Of a stretch of 64,000 bases of DNA, positions 47,546-55,945 are shown piece by piece. A model generated the notes under the pieces. That model was not told where the DNA came from. It made no database searches and saw only the letters and a list, made by a program, of their open reading frames with translations. Every line of letters begins with the position of its first letter. Within the stretch, counting starts at the first letter, position 1. Source of the stretch: Bacteroidia bacterium (GTDB lineage: Bacteria > Bacteroidota > Bacteroidia > AKYH767-A > OLB10); assembly GCA_036274495.1 (NCBI GenBank), contig DASUFP010000076.1:78901-142900 (forward strand), in the 5' to 3' direction. The position numbers and the translations under genes are program-made.

Positions 47546-50209
47546 TTACATCTTGAGCACCTTGGTTCGGTAAACCGAATTGTTGGAGCGTATTTCAATT
47601 GAATAGGTTCCTGCGGGCAGGTTAAATTCCAGATCGTTTTTCGCCTGATGAATCTCAATGGTCCTGACCAATCCGCCAAGGACATTATAAATAGTAACTA
47701 CTGCACGGTCATTAACGGGAGCCGCAAGTTCAATGGTCAGTTTGTCGGCAACAGGGTTTGGATAAACCGCAAATCCGTTTTGCGAAAGCAGTTCCTGGAT
47801 GCCGGTTGTAAATACCTGCTGTGATGTTGCTGTGCAGCCATTGGCACCTGTTACCACAACCGTATAGGTACCCGATTGTGTGGCAACGTATACCTGACCC
47901 GTTGCTCCCGGAATCGGATTACCATTGAGGTACCATTGATTACCGGTTGGCGACGATGAAGTTAAGGTATTCCACAATGGTGAAATGGTTGGTGTTGGAG
48001 GAAGCGGCAACACTACTCCCGTTACCGGGATGCGGTTGCTTTTACATCCTTCGGTTACAACCCAGTCGTAGAAGAAATAATAGAACGTACCTGCTGAATA
48101 ATTCGGATTAATCTGTCCTGTTAAAGTAATCGGACTGTTTGAAACTGTGTAGGGATATAATGCGCCAAATGAGTTATAGTAACACGCTGCACTGCCTGCG
48201 GCAAGTTCCAGCCTGTACCCTGTTCCGGGGTTTATGGTAAAGCCAAGGGGAACAGCTACCAATCCCGAATTGGCCGTTACAGGAACGGTAACGGTATTCA
48301 ACACAGGCCCGCCTGCTGCATCGCGCAGGTTAATGGTAATGTTTCCCGATGTTGCGCCGGGAGAAACATACACCCGTTCTAACGTACATTGCGCAAGTGC
48401 ATCAAACTGTATTCCCCAGTCGTTGCCCGGCAGGGTAAATTGTGTACCGATACTTGGGTTGGGGGCACCAACATTGTAGGTACCTCCTGCAGCCGCTTCC
48501 ACATAATAAGTTGTTGTGTTTGTTAAGGACGGTGAATAGGTATTGCCCTGGAACACATTCAACCCGCCACTTGCAGTAGTAAACCAACTCATGATTCCTA
48601 CCCCCGTGGCCGTAAGGTTAGCAGCTCCCGGCCCGCATATCGTATCGTTTGAGACGACCGGATCGGTTATTGCCAAGACCTCCACGCTCAGTTCAACTGT
48701 GGTATCGGCATCGCAACCGCCGCTGGTGACGACTGCTCTGTAGGTAGAATACGTAGTTGGTGTTACCTGATATTGAGCTGTTGTGCTGCCCGGTCCGGTT
48801 TCATTCACCCAGCTGCTTCCATTGTAGCTCTGCCATTGAATGGCACCGGTAGATCCGGTTAAAAACAACGTAGCGTTATCGCCCAAACAAACCGTATCGG
48901 ATGAAATAATTGCATTTCCCGCTACCGAGGGCGAACCGGTCACAATCAGAATACTGTCAATATAGCCGCAAACGCCATCATCACTTACTAATGTAATATA
49001 GGTACTTCCCGTTCCAACCGGTGTGTACGTAACAGTTGTTCCTGTAGTAGCACTTAACCCTGCCGATGGAGACCATGTGTAAGTGTAACCTGAGTTGGTG
49101 CTGTTTGCAGTGAGTGTAGCAGACTGACCCAGACACAAGGCTGTGGGTACAGATGAAATGGTTGCGGGAGTAGCAGTATTTACCGTTGCAATTACAGGGG
49201 TGCGTGCGCTTTCACAGCCGGCCGAATATAAAATTCTTCCGTTGAATATGCGGGGGAAATTGGTCAGAGCAAAATAGGCGCCGCCGTAACCTTCTTTAAA
49301 TTCGATGTTCGCATCCTGAGCAAATATGTTTCCTAAAGCAGTTCCGTCGGTATACGTTATGCCACCTGAACCATGCACGTAAAAGGCATAGGTTTGTCCT
49401 GCCGGAATGGTAACGTTAACAAATACATTTATAGATGTACCGGGCGCACCATTACCGGTTGATGTATAAGGAGCCGTTCCTGCAAGTGTCCAACCGGCAT
49501 TGCTGTTGGTAAAACCAACGTGTGTTCCCGGACGGTACCAGATTTCGGCAGTGCCTGATCCTGCATTAAAATTCGCCGCAAAGCTGTCGATGGTAACTGT
49601 GTTAATAGCGGTAATATCAAACATATTTCCGTCAAACCCGTTTCCTCCGGCAAAGGTGGTTGTCATGGGCGATGGCGGCCCTCCGCCTAACGTAGAGGCT
49701 GCATAAAAGGTAGTAGTGGCAGACACAACAGGAGTGAATGTAGTTCCTGTTCCAAGCTGCGCACCGCCCGATGCAACATTATACCATTTGATGCCCGATC
49801 CTGTTGCTGACAAAGTAACAGGACCATAACCACACCGTGAAGCACCTGCAGTAGTTGGTGCACTTACCCCTACCGTTATAGTAACAAGTGCTGATGTATC
49901 AGGGTCGCAGCCCGATGCAGTTACTACCGCTCTGTAATCGGTTGTCATTCCCGGAGAAACTGTATAAGTGTCGGTAGTAGCTCCGGTGCCGGTTTCATCT
50001 GTCCAGTTGGTTCCATCAAACGACTGCCATTGGATGTTGCCGATGTAAGAGGTAAGCAACAGGTCAGTGCTGCCCATAGGACAAATTGAATCCAAGGAAG
50101 CCGAAGCCGTTCCGGCATCACTGCAAGGCTGTGCCATACCTGCTCCCGAAAAAATAAATAAATACGACAGCAAGGTTGTTGCTGTTACTTTGAGTAAAAA
50201 TGTTTTCAT
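47546..50209 (-). CDS. T9SS type A cargo with Ig-like repeats (paralogue A)
   Basis: Signal peptide from ATG 50209 (MKTFLLK...AQ), Ig-like 'TTAGASRCGYGPVTL...WY...GG' modules, and CTD 'VYPNPVADKL...NVLGG...AGTYSIEI...KVLKM'. Confidence 0.88.
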   Translation of the reverse strand: MKTFLLKVTATTLLSYLFIFSGAGMAQPCSDAGTASASLDSICPMGSTDLLLTSYIGNIQWQSFDGTNWTDETGTGATTDTYTVSPGMTTDYRAVVTASGCDPDTSALVTITVGVSAPTTAGASRCGYGPVTLSATGSGIKWYNVASGGAQLGTGTTFTPVVSATTTFYAASTLGGGPPSPMTTTFAGGNGFDGNMFDITAINTVTIDSFAANFNAGSGTAEIWYRPGTHVGFTNSNAGWTLAGTAPYTSTGNGAPGTSINVFVNVTIPAGQTYAFYVHGSGGITYTDGTALGNIFAQDANIEFKEGYGGAYFALTNFPRIFNGRILYSAGCESARTPVIATVNTATPATISSVPTALCLGQSATLTANSTNSGYTYTWSPSAGLSATTGTTVTYTPVGTGSTYITLVSDDGVCGYIDSILIVTGSPSVAGNAIISSDTVCLGDNATLFLTGSTGAIQWQSYNGSSWVNETGPGSTTAQYQVTPTTYSTYRAVVTSGGCDADTTVELSVEVLAITDPVVSNDTICGPGAANLTATGVGIMSWFTTASGGLNVFQGNTYSPSLTNTTTYYVEAAAGGTYNVGAPNPSIGTQFTLPGNDWGIQFDALAQCTLERVYVSPGATSGNITINLRDAAGGPVLNTVTVPVTANSGLVAVPLGFTINPGTGYRLELAAGSAACYYNSFGALYPYTVSNSPITLTGQINPNYSAGTFYYFFYDWVVTEGCKSNRIPVTGVVLPLPPTPTISPLWNTLTSSSPTGNQWYLNGNPIPGATGQVYVATQSGTYTVVVTGANGCTATSQQVFTTGIQELLSQNGFAVYPNPVADKLTIELAAPVNDRAVVTIYNVLGGLVRTIEIHQAKNDLEFNLPAGTYSIEIRSNNSVYRTKVLKM

Positions 50210-50385
50210 TGATCCTTGATTTTTGTGGTTGGACTCAGCTTTTAAAATTAGGTAAAATACTTTGAGCAACGTCAAACACTTTTATGCAGTTTCTACCGGC
50301 AGTTTGTGGATTTCCATGCTTATATAAGTCGTCCGGAACAAACTGTGTTGTAAAGCATTAGAACCTGAAACGTTTGGTTAACCAT

Positions 50386-50418
50386 AAAAAATGCCTGCCG
50401 AAAGAATCCGGCAGGCAT
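50386..50418 (-). terminator. Intrinsic terminator after paralogue B
   Basis: ATGCCTGCCG-N8-CGGCAGGCAT with a T5 run on the minus strand. Confidence 0.85.
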
Positions 50419-50441
50419 CAGATTATGCGGAGTACCTGAAG

Positions 50442-53117
50442 TTACATCTTCAGCACCTTGGTGCGGTAAACCGAGTCGTTGGCACGTATCTCAATTGAAT
50501 AGGTTCCGGCAGGCAGGTTAAAGTCTAAATCGTTTTTCGACTGATGAATCACAATCGTCTTAACCAATCCGCCAAGCACATTATAAATATTAACAACAGC
50601 TCTGTCTTTTACGGGAGATGCAAGTTCTATTGTCAGTTTGTCGGCAACAGGATTAGGATAAACAGCAAATCCGTTTTGCGAAAGCAGTTCCTGAATGCCG
50701 GTTGTAAACACTTGCTGTGAAGTAGCTGTGCAACCATTTGCTCCTGTTACCACAACAGTGTATGTACCCGATTGCGTAGCTACATACACCTGTCCTGTCG
50801 CACCCGGAATAGGATTACCATTCAGGTACCACTGATTTCCTGTAGGTGAAGAGGAAGTTAAAGTGTTCCATTGCGGAGCAATGGTAGGTGTAGGCGGTAA
50901 TGGGAGCACGGCACCTGTTACAGGTATGCGGTTGCTTTTGCATCCCTCTGTAACAACCCAGTCGTAGAAGAAATAATAGAATGTACCGGCAGAATAGTTC
51001 GGGTTGATTTGTCCTGTTAAGGTAATCGGACCGTTAGGTACCGAATAAGGATATGCGGCCCCGAAAGAATTATAATAACATGGGGTACTTCCTGCAGCAA
51101 GTTCCAGACGGTAGCCTTGACCTGGATTCACGGTAAAGCCAAGGGTAACAGGTACTAAACCGGAACTGGCCGTTACAGGCACCGTTACGGTATTCAGAAT
51201 CGGACCGCCTTGTGAACTGCGCAAATTGATCGTTATGTTTCCGGATGTAGGCCCGGGTGAAACATAAACCCGTTCCAGGGTACACTGAGCAAGTGCATCG
51301 AACTGGATTCCCCAGTCGTTACCCGGCAACGTGAAAAACGTACCTATGCTTAAATCGGGCGCCCCCACATGATAGGTCCCACCCGCGGCGGCTTCCACAT
51401 AATAGGTGGTTGTGTTTGTCAGCGACGGCGAATAGGTGCTGCCCTGGAATACATTTAATCCGCCGGTTGGCGTGGTATACCAACTCATAATACCCGCACC
51501 GGTGGCCGTCAGGTTGGCCGTTCCCGGCCCGCATATCGTATCGCCTGTGACCAGCGGATCGGTTATGGCCAAGACCTCAACGCTAAGTTCAATGGATGTA
51601 TCAGGATCACAGCCACCGCTGGTGACCACGGCCCTGAAAGTGGAAAAGGTTGTTGGAGTAACCTGGTATTGTGCAGTAGTATTGCCCGGCCCGGTTTCAT
51701 TCACCCAGTTGGTTCCATTAAAACTCTGCCACTGGATTGATCCGGTAGAACCTGTTAAAAACAACGATGCATTATCGCCCAGACAAACGGTATCGGACGA
51801 AATAATTGCCGTACCGGCAACCGAAGGCGAACCGGTTACAATCTGAATGCTATCGATGTATCCGCAAACCCCATCGTCTCCAACGAGGGTAATATAGGTG
51901 CTGCCTGTTCCAACCGGAGTATAGGTAACTGTAGCTCCGGTAGTGGTATTTAAACCGGCCGATGGCGACCAGGTATAGTTATAACCGGTGTTGGAACTGC
52001 TGGCGGTAATGGTGGCTGACTGACCTAGGCACAAAGCAGGAGGAACGGATGTAATGGTAACCGGCACAGGAGGATTCACTGTTGCTACAGCAGGTGTGCG
52101 TGAACTCTCGCAACCTACCTCGTAGGTAATTTCGAGCCGCGAGATAGAACCACCTACTTCCTGCCATATGTCCTGAGGGGCAATAGTGGCAAGCGGGAAT
52201 TGCATACCCATACGTGCAATGGTTACTGATTGTCCGTCGATGGTGGTTGTTGCGGGACCATTCGCATAAGAGTTCACATCAGCACCGCGAGTGGCAAGTA
52301 CACCTATTACATCGCCGGCAGCAATGGAAATGTTTACCGGAATTACACCGGTCGCCGGATTGTTTTGAGTTAAAAACAGTGTTGAGAAAGCATTGGTGGT
52401 GGCAGCAAAAACCGGAGGCGGTATCTGGTTGTCGAAACGGATGACAGCAATATTCTGGTTACCGGTATTGGGACCGGGTACAAAGAGGCCTGTTATGTTA
52501 AAGTCGGAAGGAGCGGTAAAAAAGTATCCCCGCGCATTTCCTGCGAAAGTTGTAACCTCCGCCGGCATTGGCGTGGTGCCTGATCCGCCGCCATTGGATG
52601 ATGCGGATGCATAAAAGGTTGTAGTGTTATTCACATTCGTTACCAGGTTGGTCCCGAAACCTACAGGAGTACCGCCTGTGGGCACATCATACCATCGGAT
52701 ACCGGAGCCTGCTGCCGTCAGCGACACCGGTCCGTATCCGCACCGGGTATCACCTATAGTAGTAGGAGCCGTTACGCCAACAACTATTGTAAGGATGGTA
52801 GAAGTATCGGGATCACATCCGGAGGCTGTAACTACAGCGCGATAGTCAATTGTCGCGGCAGGGGTAACCAGATAATTATCTGTTGTAGCACCCGGACCCG
52901 TCTCATCTATCCAGTTGGTTCCGTTGTACGATTGCCATTGGATGTTACCGATATAGGCTGTCAGTAACAGATTGGTACTGCCTCCGACACAGATAGAATC
53001 CTCAGTTGTAGAAGGTGTTCCTGCATCGGAACAGGGTTGGGCATTGGCGGGTGCCGTTAGGAAAAAAGCTGCAGCAACAGCAAAAACCGACAACATTCGA
53101 AGTACATTTATTTTCAT
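50442..53117 (-). CDS. T9SS type A cargo with Ig-like repeats (paralogue B)
   Basis: Same architecture and near-identical C-terminal two-thirds to paralogue A, plus a type A CTD. Confidence 0.9.
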   Translation of the reverse strand: MKINVLRMLSVFAVAAAFFLTAPANAQPCSDAGTPSTTEDSICVGGSTNLLLTAYIGNIQWQSYNGTNWIDETGPGATTDNYLVTPAATIDYRAVVTASGCDPDTSTILTIVVGVTAPTTIGDTRCGYGPVSLTAAGSGIRWYDVPTGGTPVGFGTNLVTNVNNTTTFYASASSNGGGSGTTPMPAEVTTFAGNARGYFFTAPSDFNITGLFVPGPNTGNQNIAVIRFDNQIPPPVFAATTNAFSTLFLTQNNPATGVIPVNISIAAGDVIGVLATRGADVNSYANGPATTTIDGQSVTIARMGMQFPLATIAPQDIWQEVGGSISRLEITYEVGCESSRTPAVATVNPPVPVTITSVPPALCLGQSATITASSSNTGYNYTWSPSAGLNTTTGATVTYTPVGTGSTYITLVGDDGVCGYIDSIQIVTGSPSVAGTAIISSDTVCLGDNASLFLTGSTGSIQWQSFNGTNWVNETGPGNTTAQYQVTPTTFSTFRAVVTSGGCDPDTSIELSVEVLAITDPLVTGDTICGPGTANLTATGAGIMSWYTTPTGGLNVFQGSTYSPSLTNTTTYYVEAAAGGTYHVGAPDLSIGTFFTLPGNDWGIQFDALAQCTLERVYVSPGPTSGNITINLRSSQGGPILNTVTVPVTASSGLVPVTLGFTVNPGQGYRLELAAGSTPCYYNSFGAAYPYSVPNGPITLTGQINPNYSAGTFYYFFYDWVVTEGCKSNRIPVTGAVLPLPPTPTIAPQWNTLTSSSPTGNQWYLNGNPIPGATGQVYVATQSGTYTVVVTGANGCTATSQQVFTTGIQELLSQNGFAVYPNPVADKLTIELASPVKDRAVVNIYNVLGGLVKTIVIHQSKNDLDFNLPAGTYSIEIRANDSVYRTKVLKM

Positions 53118-53230
53118 AGCTCAGGTAGGTTAATGAGTTTGGTTAATACGCTATCAAATTAAGTAAAAAATATCCGAATATTCTCTAATCGTAAATTCAA
53201 ATATCAAAGAATCATTAAATATCCCTGAAA

Positions 53231-53262
53231 TTTGCTTTGCGTTTAATTATGATGTATATTTG
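53231..53262 (+). promoter_or_regulatory. Consensus Bacteroidota promoter TTTG-N20-TAnnTTTG
   Basis: TTTG at 53231-53234 and TATATTTG at 53255-53262, upstream of the methyltransferase. Confidence 0.7.
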
Positions 53263-53329
53263 ACTGGTAATCAATCGCTCTGCCTTTAAGGTACAGTCAT
53301 ACAAACCGACAAGACCCCCAAAATTACAT

Positions 53330-53968
53330 ATGGCTCAAGTATACGTGCAGTACGGCTGCGGCTTATCAGCACCGGTTGAATGGACCAATTTTGACGCTTC
53401 CCCGACGCTTCGCATTCAAAAAACCCCACTGGTAGGGTCGATTTTAAAGAGCCGTCTCAATGTTACCTTCCCGAAGAATGTAAAATACGGCGACATCGTT
53501 TCCGGATTACCTGTAGCGGCAGATAGCTGTGACGGATTGTATTGCTCGCATGTACTTGAACATTTATCGTTACAGGACTTCAGGGCCGCATTAAAAAATT
53601 CTTTTAAAATCCTCAAAAAAGGAGGCCTTTTCAGGTGTGTCGTACCCGATCTTGAGAAACTTGCCAGAGAATACATCACCTCTTTGGATCAGGGTGATGC
53701 ACAGGCGAGTGTTAAATTTGTCGGATTTAATACCATCCTGGGCACCGAATCGAGACCTAAAGGATTCAAAGGCCTTATCAATAATTTTTTAGGAAATGCC
53801 AATCACCTATGGATGTGGGATCATCTTTCGTTAAGCGAAGAATTAAAAAAAGCCGGGTTCATCAATATACGCAGATGTAAATACAACGACAGCAGCGACC
53901 CGATGTTTAAATACGTTGAAGATCCGGTACGTTTTGAGGGCGCAGTAGCACTCGAGTGCAGCAAGTGA
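53330..53968 (+). CDS. Class I SAM-dependent methyltransferase (Methyltransf_11-like)
   Basis: QYGCG motif I, 'GDIVSGLP', 'YCSHVLEHL', 'LKKGG.FRCVVPDL', 'HLWMWD'. Confidence 0.85.
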   Translation: MAQVYVQYGCGLSAPVEWTNFDASPTLRIQKTPLVGSILKSRLNVTFPKNVKYGDIVSGLPVAADSCDGLYCSHVLEHLSLQDFRAALKNSFKILKKGGLFRCVVPDLEKLAREYITSLDQGDAQASVKFVGFNTILGTESRPKGFKGLINNFLGNANHLWMWDHLSLSEELKKAGFINIRRCKYNDSSDPMFKYVEDPVRFEGAVALECSK

Positions 53969-54070
53969 TTCCGGAATTCTTTTTAACGGTTACCTGTTCT
54001 GTTTTTAAATGATGTGGATTAAACGATTCACAAAACGGCATCTACAGTTGCAATACATGCATCAAAAGCA

Positions 54071-55279
54071 ATGACCACTACTGCCAAAAATGTAGTTTTT
54101 TTATTACTGGTGCTGGCAGCAATGGCGGCAATATTTCCTTTTTTCGGCAATGCCAAATTGCTTGTCGATGAGAACGACAACTATGCGCAGATTACCAATT
54201 TTCTGCACCACGATTTCAGGTTACTCGAAATTTCGGCATTGCCGGGATACCACTTTTTAGTGACTGCGATTGCAATGCTGTTTGGTTTTTCATCGGTTTA
54301 CGAAATCAGAATCGTAACTGCAGTTATTGGATATTTATCGGTTTGTGTCTACCTGTTTTTATCAGTAAAAATTCACGGGAAAACAGATTTTACAGGGACA
54401 CTTCAATACCTGCTGATGCCCATAATTTTTGTTTTTCTTTTTTTGATTTATACCGACATAGCATCACTTATGGCAGTAATGCTGATGGTTCATGCGGTAC
54501 TTGACAGAAAATATACACTGGCAGCCTTGTACGGACTTGCAAGCATGTTGTTTCGGCAGAACAATGTTATTTGGATCCTTTTTGCGATGACATTATCCTA
54601 TGCCGAACAGTACGGACATACACTTTCAATCAGCAATCTGAAAGCCTCCATCAGCAGGTTCTGGTTGTTTTTGGTTTGTGTAATGCTGTTTATTTTATTT
54701 GTCATTTTCAATCATGGTGTTGCTGTTGGTGATGCGGCCAGTCATCCGGCATTCAAATTTTCGACCGGCAACATTTTCTTTTTACTCTTTACCATTTTTG
54801 TAATGTTGCTGCCGCTGCAGGCAGCTGCACTTCCGAAAGTGTATAGCCTTTTAACAGAACATAAATGGCTCTTTGCTCTTTTGCTGATTATCTTTATTCT
54901 CTACTGGTTCTCTTATCATCCCGATCACCCCTACAACCGGATTGAACCTCAGTATTACATGCGGAATTTAATTCTGACCAGAGTTCAGCTTAATTCAGTG
55001 TATAAACTATGTTTCTTTTTCCCTGTGGCATATGCCCTTCTTTTTCTGATGGTCACCCCTTTCATTTCATCCAAATACTACCTTATTTATCCTTTTACCA
55101 TCCTTTTCCTTGCTCCAAGCTGGCTGGTTGAACAGCGTTATTATCTGATTCCCTTGGTTTTACTGATGAGTTTCAGAAAAAAAAGCAGTGTGTTGGCCGA
55201 GTGGATAACCATTGGATGGTTTTTGGTAATTCTGTATTTAATGTTACCTTTATTGTGGCAGGAAAGAATTTTCTTTTGA
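54071..55279 (+). CDS. ALG10/DIE2-like (GT59) multi-TM glucosyltransferase homologue
   Basis: Collinear ALG10 motifs: VDE..Y.Q, SALPG, FLIYTD, FRQNNVIW, FNHGVAVGDAASH, HPY, LVEQRYYLIP. Confidence 0.8.
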   Translation: MTTTAKNVVFLLLVLAAMAAIFPFFGNAKLLVDENDNYAQITNFLHHDFRLLEISALPGYHFLVTAIAMLFGFSSVYEIRIVTAVIGYLSVCVYLFLSVKIHGKTDFTGTLQYLLMPIIFVFLFLIYTDIASLMAVMLMVHAVLDRKYTLAALYGLASMLFRQNNVIWILFAMTLSYAEQYGHTLSISNLKASISRFWLFLVCVMLFILFVIFNHGVAVGDAASHPAFKFSTGNIFFLLFTIFVMLLPLQAAALPKVYSLLTEHKWLFALLLIIFILYWFSYHPDHPYNRIEPQYYMRNLILTRVQLNSVYKLCFFFPVAYALLFLMVTPFISSKYYLIYPFTILFLAPSWLVEQRYYLIPLVLLMSFRKKSSVLAEWITIGWFLVILYLMLPLLWQERIFF

Positions 55280-55292
55280 TTTCGTACCACAA

Positions 55293-55835
55293 ATGAAAAA
55301 GACGTTTTTAGCATATTTGTTTTCCATACTGTATAGCCTTTCCTTTGGGCAGGCATTTACATTGGTCAGCGCGGATGCATCGGGAAACGTACCGGCCAAA
55401 ATGGTTTACAACGGCTATGGTTGTGACGGCGATAATATATCACCTCAATTAAGCTGGACAAATGCTCCTGAAGGAACACGCAGCTTTGCCGTGACCATGT
55501 TCGATCCCGATGCTCCTGTAAACAATGGCTGGTGGCATTGGATCTGCTTTAACATTCCCGCAGGTGTACACGAATTACCATCAGGCGCCGGTTCTGTTGA
55601 AAAAAAACTCGCTCCCGAGGGCACCATTCAAAGCATGACCGACTTTGGCAAGCCCGGTTATGGCGGACCATGTCCTCCTGAAGGAAGTGATTACCATCAT
55701 TATGTTATTACCGTTTACGCACTGAAAACCGACAAACTCAATTTAGACAGTACTGCCGCACCGGATGTTGTAAAAAGCGCAATCGATGCCGGCACCATTG
55801 CCAAAGCAACGCTAATACTTCAATACAAAAGATAA
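55293..55835 (+). CDS. YbhB/YbcL family (PEBP/Raf kinase inhibitor-like) periplasmic protein
   Basis: Signal peptide, GDNISPQLSW, FDPDAP...WWHW, YGGPCPP, HHYVITVYAL. Confidence 0.93.
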   Translation: MKKTFLAYLFSILYSLSFGQAFTLVSADASGNVPAKMVYNGYGCDGDNISPQLSWTNAPEGTRSFAVTMFDPDAPVNNGWWHWICFNIPAGVHELPSGAGSVEKKLAPEGTIQSMTDFGKPGYGGPCPPEGSDYHHYVITVYALKTDKLNLDSTAAPDVVKSAIDAGTIAKATLILQYKR

Positions 55836-55945
55836 ATTTATCAGAAACACAATTAAGTAACGCACCTCCTATGAGCAATACTGCATTTTAACAAAATGCG
55901 TGTCTTTCCCAAATAAAACTGATTCCTTTTAGCCCAACCAAACAC

